From the NCBI GenBank assembly GCA_012295275.1, contig CM022670.1, positions 41,168,001-41,232,000 on the forward strand: 64,000 nucleotides of DNA, in the 5' to 3' direction. The stretch's first letter is position 1. Every line of letters starts with the position of its first letter. A program made the position numbers and the translations under genes. Below are positions 35,884 to 49,283 of this stretch, piece by piece. Below the pieces are notes generated by a model that was not told the origin of the DNA, did not search any database, and saw only the letters and a list, made by a program, of their open reading frames with translations. The DNA comes from Chrysomallon squamiferum. Taxonomy: Eukaryota > Animalia > Mollusca.

Positions 35884-38800
35884 TATGATTACATTTTTTA
35901 TTTTTTATTTTTTTATTCATTTTTCCTTTTCCTTTTATTAATATTATTATAACTATTTTTTTTTTTTTTTTTTTTTTCTGTATCATGCTCAGATTTTGTT
36001 TATCATTCCAGACAAAGACCAAGGCTGCTAGAAAACATGGCAGACTCTCACTTGTAAAGTTTATTTGTGAAACAAATGTTGTGTCTGTGTTTGAACCATA
36101 TGTATGATCTCAATCATTGTGTGTTTATTTTTATTTTTTATTTGTTTACTCCACACCTGCTAGCTTAGTAGTTATAAGAGTTGTTTACACACAAAGTGAA
36201 ACACAAATCTATAAAAAAGAATCATCTTTAGTGCTTTGTTATATTTAAGATTATTTTTAATTTTTTTGTTATTATTTTTTATTATTTTTACTATTATTAT
36301 TATTATTTTTATTGTTATTATTATTTTTGTTATTATTATTATTATTATTATCATCATCATTATCAAAATTCTATTATTAATCAACTATTTATTTATTTAA
36401 TCTGTCAGTATTGATAATAAATATTACATTATTTGGAACTTTTCGCATATTACCCCAAAACTTCACCGTTGAAAAAAAGAAATATATATATTCTATATGT
36501 TATCCAGGATCTTTAAAATTAATTACTATGAAAATAAAACGTGTATGAACTTCCACATAAATTTGAATACAGTTTAGCTTCACATTACATAAATTCAGGT
36601 GACCAGTACACATTTGTCTCACATTGTTACCTGAGATTTTGTTTAGGTTTTTTTTTAAATGGACTTTTTTTATTCCTAGGTTGTTAATGATACTTCTGTT
36701 AGTTTTGTTTCAGGTATTGTTGTGGATTCTGTTATTGTGTTTATCATTCTTTAATCATTGTTATTACCATTCTAGTCATTTTGTTATCACTGTGCTCATA
36801 TAACATTTTAATAAAGGAAAAATATGTCTTACGATACAAATTTATATAAATTATGTGAATGATTCATGAATGTTAAAAGCTGACATTTTAAATAATTATA
36901 TTTTAGCGTTAATTATTCATCTAACTTGCGAGTACTTTTTCAGCTTCTTGACTTTGTTTTAAACTTAGATTTAAGTGTTGAGTCATGGTTTTGACACTGA
37001 AAGATGTACTCATAGTATTGACTTTGAAAATTATTTAGTTTTGAGTTATTTTTCAGTTTAATCTGAACATGAATCATGAGTCAAATTTTAAGCCATAGAA
37101 CTTTGAGTAGTCATATAGATAGATCAAATAGATAAATAAATAGATAGATAGAGATAGATAGATAGACAGACAGTAATTGCACATAGATGTATCTATAATT
37201 AGTAACTTGGGTATTTTTAGACACTTAGTATATGTCTGTTTGTTTCTGTATAATTGTGTATTAATGAGTGACATTTTATGGTTGTGAATGGAGAAAGAAA
37301 TTAGATAAAAACAAATTGTAAATTCTTTTGTCTTTATTTTTTTCTTCTTTCTTTAAACAACTGTAATCAATATTAGTATTTAAAATATTTATTACTTGAT
37401 GTAATTATCACTGTCTACATTTTATACATTTTAAAATATTGTTTATTACTACAATATTTGTCTTCTAGGTTTTTCTGTTTTTCAATTTTTTCTATTTTTT
37501 ATGTACACTATATATATATATGTATGTATGTATGTATGTATTTTTATTTATTTATTTATTTTTTATTTTTTTATTTTTTTCATTTTAAAATTTTCTATAA
37601 AATTATTTATACATGGATCTTTATTTTGTTAGTCACAGAAGTTTGGAATACATGTTTGAAGAATTTTTTTTTTTTTGCAGATGAATTATATGCAGGAAGT
37701 AACTGCCAGTGTAAATAACCATCATTCTCTTCTCCATTTATTCAGTTTATTGTTATCCATTAAAAATAATTTCTGAAGTTCATATTTTTGTTAAATGATT
37801 GTACATAGATTTTGAAATAGTAAACATATAAATAAATTTTTAGTACATGTAGATTGAGGTTTTTTTAAGCTTCATTTGTGTTATTAGAATATAATTATAG
37901 TTGTTGTTTTTGTTATAGTGGTTGTTGTTGTTATTATTATTAATATGCTGTTCTTTTTTATTTTGAGGTGGGATGTACTGTATAGACTTATTTATAAATG
38001 AGAAAATGTATCTTTGTGTGTCTGTGTGTGTGTGTGTGTGTGTGAAATATATAGGTCTGTTTGTTTGTGTGTGTGTTTATCTGTACACACAGGCCTAACC
38101 TTTGAATATCACTGTTTTGAAGAACTGATCATGTCTGTAATAAACTATACAAGTAATAAAAAATAATGTAGTATAAACTGTAAGTGACTTATAGCCAAGT
38201 TTAATCATGGTAGTGCTGATTTTAAAATACAGTTTATTATTTTTGTTTTGTTTTTGTTTAAGGACATAGAAACAGAGACCAGAATTAAAATAGTATCTAC
38301 TAAGCAATTGTCTTTTGATTTAGATAGAGAGGTGTTAACATAGAATCAGGCTATGACTTCATTGAAACATTAGTAATTCCATTATTTAAATTATGCCTAA
38401 ATAAGACAATTATGTAACTTAATTATCATAGTTTATAAAATTTTGATCAGTAAAACATTATGCAGTCACTTTGAAAATAACTTGTTTGTTTGTTTTGTTT
38501 ATGAATTATTGACATGAAATCTAAAATTCATTATCAGTCACTTTCAATTGAAATGTTTTGGGTTTTTTTGTTAATGAAATATTAAGATGACATCTGAAAG
38601 TTTGTAACTAATCACTGTTGTGTTTGTATCAATTTTCTTGTAATTAACCATTATTACATTAAACTGGTAATTATCACATTTGTAATTCACCATGCAGAAC
38701 TAAGTAATCATTAGTCCATTGTTGCACATCATTAGTTTCACAGATCAAGTAAATTTGGGTTCTGTTACTACATTTCATTGTTCTTTTCACCGTGAATGGT

Positions 38801-41800
38801 TTGAACTGTGACCACTGTGTAGTGTGTCACGTGTGTGTCAAAGTGAGTAGTAAATGTATCCAGACACAATTATTTATTTTTTCAGACTCTGCAGACTGAC
38901 AATCCTTAATGTGAAATTTCCAAAAAAAAAAAAAATAGTAATAAAAATGGCTGTTTTTATGAGAGGGCATGAAAAGTAATTAAGTACTGATATATTTAAT
39001 TTTATGTTTTACAAGACTTTTTTTATTTTCCTTTTTCTTGTAGACTTACGCTATTGATTATTTCTGGTTGGTCTAAATGAATTTCAGATAAATGGTTTCA
39101 GACATGTAGTTAATTGATTTTCATGTTCCACTAACATTATTTTCATACACTAATCACATTATTTTTCATACACCAGTAAAATTATTTTCATGTTGTAGTA
39201 ACATTATTTTCATACACTATTACATTACCTTCACTAAACTTGTACATGTAAAATGTTGTACAGACCTGTTAACTGTAGAAATTTGTAAAATATTTCCATG
39301 TCGACAAAACTAGTCTCTGTGTTACACAGTGTGGTGAGTAAACAAACACTGAAAACTGTTGTTGTTGTTGTTCTTTATTCTGTCAACCCCAGCCCACTAA
39401 GACGATGTGGTATCTCCTGTTTTTGAGAAAATTCTGTTAATTGAAGTTGTAGGAGGAGACATTTCCTTTTATTCTTTTTTAGTTTTCAAAAGTTTAGTGA
39501 TGCGTGGTAATGTTAAAATACAAAGAAATGTTATTAAGTAATTGGTGATTAATTTACCTACCTAGATGTGGATGATGCTTTATTACAGGTGTCAGACAAT
39601 CAATTACAAATTACAGACTGGTCATTTTACTTTGTTTTTGGTGTAAAGGGTATTCACACGTATGTATGTGTGTGTTTTTTCAATCATTTTTGTTTGTGTT
39701 TATTTTTGTGTTTATTTTCTTCTTATTTTTTGTGAATGTTTTTGAACAGGAAGAACAAACATAGATGGGGGTTTTTTGACATATTTCAGAACCTTTTTTT
39801 TCCCCCACCTTTTTGATTTATTTATTCTTTTTCTTTCAGATTAAACCTTTTAAATAAAAGCTGAAAATACACTGTACAGAGATAAATACAATTTTATTTT
39901 CAAACAAATACACAATAAAGTTACACCACATAATCAAAAATATACATGTATATAGTTCAAAAACATAAAATAGCTGTTATTTGCAACACCATGATACAGA
40001 AATATATGTACCAGTATATATATATATATAAAAACACAACAATAACAAGAAAATAATAATTAAGATTGGTTTGAAGACACAAACAAAAAATAAAAATAAA
40101 TAAATCTTGCAAAAACTTTCACAATGAGCATGAATCAGAATAGCAATGATTTATTTTTTTTTTTTTTTTTTTTTTTTTTTATTTTTTTCTAGTTTTATAT
40201 ATATATAAATGATATATAGTGGCATTTATATGTGACCAAGAAAAACAGAATAGTTTTTTTTTTTCTAGAGGTAACAATCAGTTTGGGTTTCATAAAAAAA
40301 AAAAATTTATTTATTTTTTTATATAAAATTATGAAACAGGCAATTCAGGCATTTTATCTTTCTGAAAACCTTTATTAGCTACAGATAGTTAAGCATGTTT
40401 AATGCCACAAAATAAAGAATGAAAAAAAATTTGATGACAGTTTTCTGAACAGGAATAACCTGTAACATCCATATTGAACTGTCTGTTAAAGTTGGTAAAG
40501 TTGCAGTATTTTAAACCTTATAATCTGTGATTCAAGAAAATATTAAAGGAAATGATTTAGGCTAGCTGGGTTAAAAAGAAGAAAATGAACTATGATTAAT
40601 TATAAGGATGAACGTTTCAATGATTTATCACATTTTTTGGGGGGCTTATTTATTAAGCAACATCTAACATAGTGTATTGAAAATAAATAAATAAAAAGAA
40701 TAAAATGAAATTGTAGAAATAATTTATTAATAAAAACAAAAATGGAAGATATTTCAGCAAAAGCAAACAATGATATTAATAACAAAAATTCCCTACTTTT
40801 AAATTTATGTACATGTAACAGTTGATTCTTTTTGGTAACTTCAGTTTAAAAATAAGCGTAAAGCTAAGAGTACATCTAAGGCACATGGTGTGGGTACAGT
40901 ACAGATATTACATTTATTGTCATATTAATTGTCTACCTTCACAGAAATTATATTTATAAATACTTCTGAATACCCAAACACTTTTGATGCTGTTTTTCCT
41001 ACAGCTAAATGTCATTATTGCAAAGGTTTGTTGAACTCATATACAGATAAAAAGAAGAATACAGGATAACAACTCGACTAAAAATGGATACAAAATATTT
41101 TCACACTTCAGCAAACTTGACTTGCCTGACCAATTTCATTTGATGAGAAAAAAATGATGTGGGGAATATGAATGAAAAGACTGAATGTGTTTTGTTAAAC
41201 TGAAGTACACAGTTTCAGTGACTGAATGTCATGGGTGTCTGACTGGTTGAAATGATGGGTGGTGAACTCTTCACAAAACAGAGAGGAGGAAGAACTTTTC
41301 TTTTCAATAAAGGGCGTTGTTTGTAGTTTTAGCTGGTTTTACTGGTATCACACCTGTACTTAAAACTTATTTAATATTTTACAACTTTGTGTTTAGCTGT
41401 ATACTTGTGATTTATGTTCAGAACATTATTAAATTTTAAAATATAATATTTATTACAAAAAACAAAATAAAAAAAATTACAAAAATAAAAGGAAAATCAT
41501 AAGATTACTTCATAATAATATATCATACATTTGACTGTTTTAATGTATTAAAATAACGGGGCATATTTTAGAAATACCATAAATAAATGTATTTTACCTT
41601 AACAGACAATATAATTATACAACACTTTGTTCCTGTAGTACATATACAGTATACATAGCTAGCACGTACTGAATGTATAATATATTAAATATATATGTAT
41701 TACACACCCACTTCAAGACACAATACATTACATTTGCAATATACATTTCACCACAGTGACATTATGTACACAGTAGTAGATATATTAATGATATTTATAA

Positions 41801-43147
41801 AGCTATAACATATTTCTGTTGTTAATAAAATTAATACTGATGTCAATGGGAGTAAGAGAGAAAGTCGTTAAAACTAATATTCAGAATTAATGCGACCAAA
41901 ACTGAAACGATAAAAAATAAAGATAAAAAAATTATAAAAAAAGAGACATGAAAAATGGCTGCTAGATGGCAGTTGAAGTAATTAATTCATTATTTGACTA
42001 GAAAGCATGTTTTATAAAAATCTGGTGATCAAGACTATCCCCTAGCTGTAAAATACATTCTGCATCCTTATTTTAAATTTTATATTTCCTAAAAAATATG
42101 TTTTTATTTAATTCAAAAACACTAATTATAAATAAATGGCATAAATTTTGATTTATGTCTCATGATAAGCTAATTAAAAAATATACATATACAAATGTTT
42201 TCTCCAAAAAAGATTTATAAATATACACTAAATATTATTTCCAAATAAGTCAGATCAAAATATTCTTTATCACAACATGGTATATTTTGTACAAATACAA
42301 AAAAAATCACCGGCAGAAATTCTTCTTACACAAAATTCTTTTTATAAAAATGAAAATATGACAACAGATTCCAAATAACTGACCAACTAATTCTCATTTA
42401 CATTATCAAAAAATTATAATATTATAATATAAAAATATCTAAAAATATTTCTCATGAATCAATGATAACCAAAATAATCTGAATAAAATACTTTTAACAA
42501 TGAAAGATTGAAAATTATACATAGAACATAATTATCAGAATTTTTGCCCTCCATGTTCGAAGATATTTGTTGGTATTTATACTTTTCCTAGGGTGAAGCT
42601 TAAATCTACAATAGCCATGATTAAAATCTTTATAAAAATAGTGTTATCACAATAAATATTTTCATTTAACATGAATAAATACTTTCACAAAACGTTTCTA
42701 ATATTTTATTATAAAAATGTTTGATTAATATTGACTGCTTTCATAGATCAATAAATAAAAACAAACCTGAAAATAAATTCATCCACAATAAAATAAAAGA
42801 TATATGAAAAAATATATAAAATTTCAGGATGTTTTGTGTGTACTAGTATACATATCTTAATCTGGTTTTTAATCATTATTTTTATATTTATTTACTTCCT
42901 TAAATATTTATTTATTTAGTAATTTATTGTCTCTCATTTTAGATTATGTAAGAAAAATTTGTTTACAATCACAAATATATATATTTTTGTTCAAATTACA
43001 CAAGTTCTGAAATACCATTAGTTATATTATTAGGGATAACAAAATTCTGAATATTAAATCAGTCAGCTGTTTACTTATATATACGATTTTTACCTCATAC
43101 CATTGCACTGAAACATTATTTACCTAGGATATAGAATTTCTTTTACG

Positions 43148-43431
43148 TTATTCGTAGTATATACCGTACACACAGCCTATGGCGTACAGGGATCTGTTAC
43201 GAAATTCAAACGATGCGAAGGTGTCGCTGCCAGCATCCCACAAACATCGGCTACTGACTCGCATTCCCTGGGACGCAAGCTGACCAATGTGTACCACACA
43301 GATTATCTTGTATCTGGGAATGCTCAGTTCTTTAACCCGAGCCTTGATAACCTGAAAGTTTCAAAAAATATATAATAATAATAATAATAATAACAACAAT
43401 AACAACAATAACAACAACAACAATAATAGTA

Positions 43432-43469
<38 letters not shown>

Positions 43470-43501
43470 GTAGTAGTAGTAGTAACAATAATAATAATAA
43501 C

Positions 43502-43533
<32 letters not shown>

Positions 43534-45275
43534 TAATAATAATAAAATAATAATAATAATAATAATAATAATAGTAATAAAAATAATCTTAATAATAAGA
43601 TTGTAATAGTAATAATAATAATAGTAATAACAATAATAATAAAATTGTAATAGTAATCATAATAACAGTAATAAAATAATGATATTAATAATAAGAAGAA
43701 GAAGAAGAAGACAATGACGAACAACAACAACAGTATAACAGAAAAATATGTCATAGAATAAAGTAGTAAATATGCATGCTTATGCAAGTCTGTATGTATA
43801 CAAAAAGTCCTATTTGTTACATTTGGTTTAAATGTATGTATGTATGTATATCTTTATATATAATTTACAAATACATATATATGTGTATGTTATGGGTTTA
43901 TATAAATGTTTCTATGTATAAAATAATCAATTTCTATGTTAAAATAATTTATTTCTATGTTAAAATAATTTAGTTTGTAAAGAAAGCAGCTTTCATGAGT
44001 AAAAACTTGATTTTTAAAATTAATTATATTTATGCATATATGTATTTTTTTTGTTTGTATGGCTGGCAAAAATTTAGATGTCTTTCAGAGATCACAAAGT
44101 AATAACAACAATACAGCAAAAGAAATAATAATAATAATTAAAAAAATGTTCCCTGTTCAAATATTAACCATAACCTCCCTCTTTAGGCTTATGTTGATGT
44201 TTATATTGATGTTTATGTTTATATTTATGTTTATATTGATGTTTATGTTTATGTTTATGTTTATGTTTAGATTTAGATTTAGATTTATGTTTATGTTTAT
44301 GTTTATGTTTATGTTTATGTTTATGTTTATGTTTATGTTTATGTTTAGATTTAGATTTAGAGTGATGTTGATGTTGATGTTTATGTTTACCTCTGACAGA
44401 GTCCTCGTCATCTGTCGACACAACTCTGGCTCGTACCTCTCCTCCCCGAGGTACGCCTCTAAAACATCTTTAATCAGCTGTTGTATCTTCACAGTGGGGA
44501 ATCGCTGGAGGGGGGTGAGCTGGTACGTGTTTTCCAGGCGAATCGGTGGTCGGAACTGCTCATCATGTCCAGGTTCGTCCATGTACGACACAGTACTCAT
44601 AGAACTGCAAACCAGCAGTCTAAATGTAAAACACTTTACAAAATGTGTCTAAACGTATCTAATACCTCTGTCTCTTCTAACATTCTCAGTTTTCATTATT
44701 ACCTATCAATGTATATATATATATATGTAATTGTGTGTATGTTTGTATACATATATAAATTATGTGTAATTTATATACATTATCTTTTAATTATGAGAAA
44801 TTGAAATATATTTTCTAGAAAAATCTGTCTGAAATATTTTAATATTATTCCCTGATATTAATTATTGTCTAACATTAATATGATATTAGTATCATAATAT
44901 TATATATAATCTAATACTGATGTGGTATTCTAGGTTACAAATATATTTTCATGTAATGAATTTAGAAATGATTAATTATAACTCATAGGTAGTTTAAATA
45001 CAAGTAATTTTGTTTGGTAAAAAAACCCACCAAAAAAACCTAATAATTTAAAGCAAAATATAAATAATAACACAAAACTATTAACAACAATCTAATTAAT
45101 GTCTTTCATTTATATATGTCTCCTAAATTAGTGATAGATACAGAAATATTAATTATAATGTTTTTAAAACATACCCAACTTTCTGGTGTTTTGTGTGTTC
45201 TGCACTAGAAAGGGATGAAACGCTGCCCTGTTTCCTCAGCAACCTTGCTGCTTTCTCTCGAGCTGTGTCAGTCAT
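43148..45275 (-). CDS. DYNLT5: Tctex1-domain dynein light chain (TCTEX1D1/DYNLT5-like), 172 aa
   Basis: Minus-strand exons 45275-45175, 44604-44391, 43351-43148 (519 nt). Protein: MTDTAREKAARLLRKQGSVSSLSS...GSMSTVSYMDEP...LENTYQL...[39 protein letters not shown]...SRCLWDAGSDTFASFEFRNRSLYAIGCVYGIYYE*. The SMSTVSYM and [10 protein letters not shown] motifs are characteristic of TCTEX1D1. Confidence 0.92.
43370..43730. repeat. (AAT/AAC/AGT)n trinucleotide low-complexity tract in a TCTEX1D1 intron
   Basis: Directly visible. It explains the spurious ORF 43332..43787. Confidence 0.9.
44188..44390. repeat. (ATGTTT)n hexamer microsatellite starting at the TCTEX1D1 exon 2 donor
   Basis: The minus strand reads GAG|gtaaac ataaac atcaac..., which produces the poly-IN, poly-MF and poly-HK ORF artefacts. 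Confidence 0.92.
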
Positions 45276-45479
45276 GTTGTGATTTTATGTCTGTTAATGT
45301 TAAATATATTCATTTATGGTTTCTGTAGCATCCCATAGCTTTAGCCCATTATCACAAAAACCTGCAAAAATCTGCCGTTTTGTAACATGTATTAAAGTAG
45401 AGTTATATAAGCTACATACAAGTTCAGTGACATTTAATTTTGTTATGTAAATAATAACTTTAGTCCATATTAATAAAAC

Positions 45480-46850
45480 ATTTTTGTGTGTCTGAATTTA
45501 GACTGCTCAATTTAAAATGAATATATGACAGTTGCATCATTTTAGCCTTTTATTCAGATTTTTTATTTTATATATTGCCAGAAATGTTTTATAAATTCAG
45601 TCTATAACTCTTTTAATTTTATTTGTTGTAGATTTTTGTCAATTCTGATGTATCTTGTAAATGAGAATTGTTGAAGTATAACTGCTGAAATTATTTTCTG
45701 ATTCAAGATTAAAGTAATGAAATAAAAGACAGAAAATCAAGAAAAAAATATAAAATAAATTAAAAAGTTACCTACATGTATTTTTTAATTAATATATTAT
45801 TTATCAATTATTTTGCATGTTTTAGTATTTATTTGGTAATAAATAAAAATAATTATAATTAAACTTAGTGTTGGAAATTATACTTCTTTTCTTTTTCATA
45901 ACATTAGAAACTATTTTAAAATTAAATGAAATAAAAAAAAAAAACAGTTAAAGCAAACAATTGAACACATAAAACTTCAAAAGCAATAGTTAAAATCATA
46001 TTAAAGTCATACTTATGTCAGATGATCTTTTTTCTCTCCAGAAATTGAAGTTATTATCTATTACTGGTTCAAAACTTATGAACCCAAAAGAGTTTACTTC
46101 AAATAAATTAGTAAATATAAGAGGACAAATAATAAATCAGTTAATAAATCTTGAAAAAAACTTCATGTCTAAATCTAGACTAGATCAGCTAAAAACTAAC
46201 TTCATGTCTAAACCCGTTCTGATATCCTAATCCTGTCAGTTAATAAAAAAAAGTCCATAGTCACTTGACACAATAAATATGTCAACTGAACAACCCTTCA
46301 GATATTCAGATAATACTTGTGTTTCCAATAGTCTGCAATACTGGTGTTATTCATGGGTCAGTGAATATAGAGAATATAATGTAGTATGTGAAGTAGTCAT
46401 TAAATCAGTCCAGTAGTTAAGAAAAATGTTAATACCATCACACTGATGCACTTGGTAAAAAAGTTATCAAAAAAAAAAAAAAAAAAGAAAAAAAGGTTGA
46501 GGTCGAATATTAAATATTTGTTAATATATCCTTATGAAATGACATATATACTTTCTTCAAAAAATTCTATAATAAAATATGCCAACAATTTGAAATAAAT
46601 AAAATTAACAGACCTCTAGACTGAATTTATAAAATATTTCCAGCAATTATACTTCAACAATTCTCGTTTACAAAATACATCAAAATTGACTAAAATCGAA
46701 AACAAATAAAATTGAAAGAGTTATAGACTGAATTTAAAAAACATTTCTGGCAGTTCTAAAAACAATCTGAAATAATAAAGGCAAAAATGATGCGACTGTC
46801 ATATATACATTTTAAATCGAGCAGTCTAAATTCAGACGACCAAAAATTTA
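45480..46850. repeat. Long inverted repeat (~220-bp arms at 45480-45700 and 46625-46850) upstream of the TCTEX1D1 coding region
   Basis: 45490 'gtctgaatttagactgctcaatttaaaatgaatatatgacagttgcatcattt' is close to the reverse complement of ~46785-46838 'aaatgatgcgactgtcatatatacattttaaatcgagcagtctaaattcagac'. Colinear matches continue inward (aaattcagtctataactc / gagttatagactgaattt; gagaattgttgaagtataa / ttatacttcaacaattctc). Confidence 0.88.
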
Positions 46851-46889
46851 TTTAAAAAAAAAACACTTTCATTTATGATATAACGACAA

Positions 46890-47443
46890 CTGGTTACCTG
46901 TGACAATACATAATAAATAACATTTTCACATTTAAAATCACAAATAAATTAAATTAAATTAAGAAAATCTTTATACCTAAATGTCCAATTCAAGTCAAAA
47001 TTATTCCACTCCTGAGAAAGGCTATGTATTTATTTTTTGGATGACAATTGATATTTAACGAAATATAACAGTTGCTTGGCGATAGGACGCTCTAAATATC
47101 CGTCGGGATATTGTTCCAACTACCAATTTTATCGATAAAACCTGACTATGTTTACTCTAAATAATTATATCAGTACATAAAGTTAGTTATAAAATAAGTT
47201 AAATGACTGTACATGTAATAGATTTTATCTCTTTATTCACGTTTATATATTTTCGGAAATGAAAATATAAACCCCTTTCAATCAACTTCCGTTTAAACAG
47301 ATTGTCGGGCACCTGCTAGTAAAGATATTTTTATAGGTTAATTTTATGACAGCTGTCCAATGAAATACATCGTAGTTTAGCTTTACAGAGTTTGCAAGAT
47401 GGTTTCTTGACATGTACTTGTGGCATAAAGACTCCAAGACGAT
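46890..47443. promoter_or_regulatory. Probable divergent promoter of TCTEX1D1 and RIC1 with RFX X-box-like and ETS-like motifs
   Basis: CpG-retaining region. gttacctgtgacaa (46893-46906; reverse complement contains GTCACAGGTAAC), gttgcttggcgat (47071-47083), cggaaat (~47254) and acttccg (~47285). A candidate minus-strand 5' UTR intron has its donor at ~46976 and acceptor at ~45362. Confidence 0.5.
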
Positions 47444-48297
47444 ATGTATTTCCCTGTTGGTTGGCCAAAATATTTGAAACAATCACAAAATGACTCCACT
47501 CCAATTCACTACATTGTCAGTAGTGGTGATCGTATGTTCTTCGCTGTTTTATCAGCAGAAACACTAACAATTTGGTACTCAAAGGTAAGTGACAGATCCA
47601 AATGTCTTACTGAAAGTTATTCTTAGTCTACGCATTATCATGTTTTACGATGTTTATAATAACTGTTAGTATCATTATTATTAAATGGCAAGAACGTCAG
47701 AAATGTGAACCATTAATTAGTTAATATATAAACCATTCCTGTATAATTATTTAACAATTTTTAAATATATATATAACATAACGAATCTAAAATATTATGT
47801 ATTTATTTAACCCATGTAATATGTATAATAATCATAATGTATTATTGTTTTGAAATTAATCGTTTTAATGTCACCAATTTGACAGTCCCCATTTGTGACA
47901 AATACATTTTATTTTGTTAATCATGTAAATGTGAACTGAATTTATTCAGAATTTATGTACATAAAATACAGTGCAGTAACAATAAGCACAGAAGGAATTC
48001 TGAAGTAAACTAAAGTCAGTTTCATTTCCAGAGGTAAATTATATAGGAATATGTTATCAAAAGAAATCTATGCTGTTGAAACGTTTATTAAGAGATGTGA
48101 TAAGAATCTTTTGACAGTTTATTTATTTATTTATTTATATTGGTAATTTTTTTCGAACATATAATATTTACAATATTAAAAATAATGGAATAAAATGATT
48201 AAAATCAGATATATGTATTAATCAAATAAACATGAAAATTCTGAACTATGAAGAAGAATTAATTTGTGATGTTTATACTAAACTTGCCTTCTTTTTC

Positions 48298-48336
<39 letters not shown>

Positions 48337-49227
48337 CATTGCTTAGCTGGCATACATCTTACTAACATGATCATGTTCAGCTTAAATGAACTTTGCTGTG
48401 TGTTGTAATATAATAATTAAATGTGGAAATACGTACATACACACATAGACAGACACATGTATACACACACATCATACACATGCAAATACAAAACAAACTT
48501 TCATATATAAATATAAAAATATTTGTGAAATTGTTTCCTTTCAGCCATCTATTCAGATTGTCACATACACACAGTCACAGAAATGTCAGGAAGAGTTTGG
48601 GAACTTACAAAGTTGCAGAATGGAAGCCAGATTCGTCTATGCTAGCAGTGATGGTAGGTCAACTTAGATGTGTATTCAGTTAAAATCAGTTCAGTCACAT
48701 TTAAGTTTAATGATTTAGTTTTCAAGTATGAACACAAGCAGTGCAGTTAATTTGGTTAAAGTTTGTCGTATTTGTTTTTGTTTTTTTGGTATCATAACAA
48801 ACAAAGAGCATCTGCTTAATCTTTTTCAAAAAGATAAAATGCTTTATATTAGCTGGTTAATGAGTAGTATCATACTGAATAGAGACACTGATCATTTGCT
48901 ACAAACAGTGTTAGTTTTAATAATAGCATAAGACTGTTAGCTATTATTGTAATGTTTAAGTGTGTGTGTGGTTCTCTGTGTGTGTGTGTGTGTCTATTCT
49001 GTATGATATATATAAATATATAAAAATTAATGTTTAATCCTCAACATATTTTAATATTTAAATTAAATAAGTGGATGTTGTCCATTAGATTTCATTTATT
49101 TATTTGTTTTTATTAAATGATGATTGTGAGAAAGAAAACCTGATGTTGTCACACTATGGATACTTTTATTTGTTAGGAACACATTGTATGTGTCAGTATT
49201 CACATTCTCTGTCTGTATAGTTACACT

Positions 49228-49283
<56 letters not shown>

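Noticed and set aside
35395-35952. ORFs with repeated LGSKLQMLCLSSVKTEQ peptides
   Set aside because: These are translations of a 73-75-bp tandem repeat that mostly shifts frame each unit, with no splice context.
43332-43787. 151-aa hydrophobic Tyr/Ile/Leu-rich ORF
   Set aside because: It is the translation of an intronic (AAT)n tract.
44666-44676. Possible 11-nt TCTEX1D1 microexon (AAGAGACAGAG)
   Set aside because: Its exit phase does not match the next acceptor, and the gene is complete without it.
44032-44804. ORFs with poly-MF, poly-IN and poly-HK tracts, including the 206-aa plus-strand ORF
   Set aside because: They are artefacts of the (ATGTTT)n microsatellite. Only 44604-44391 on the minus strand is a real exon.
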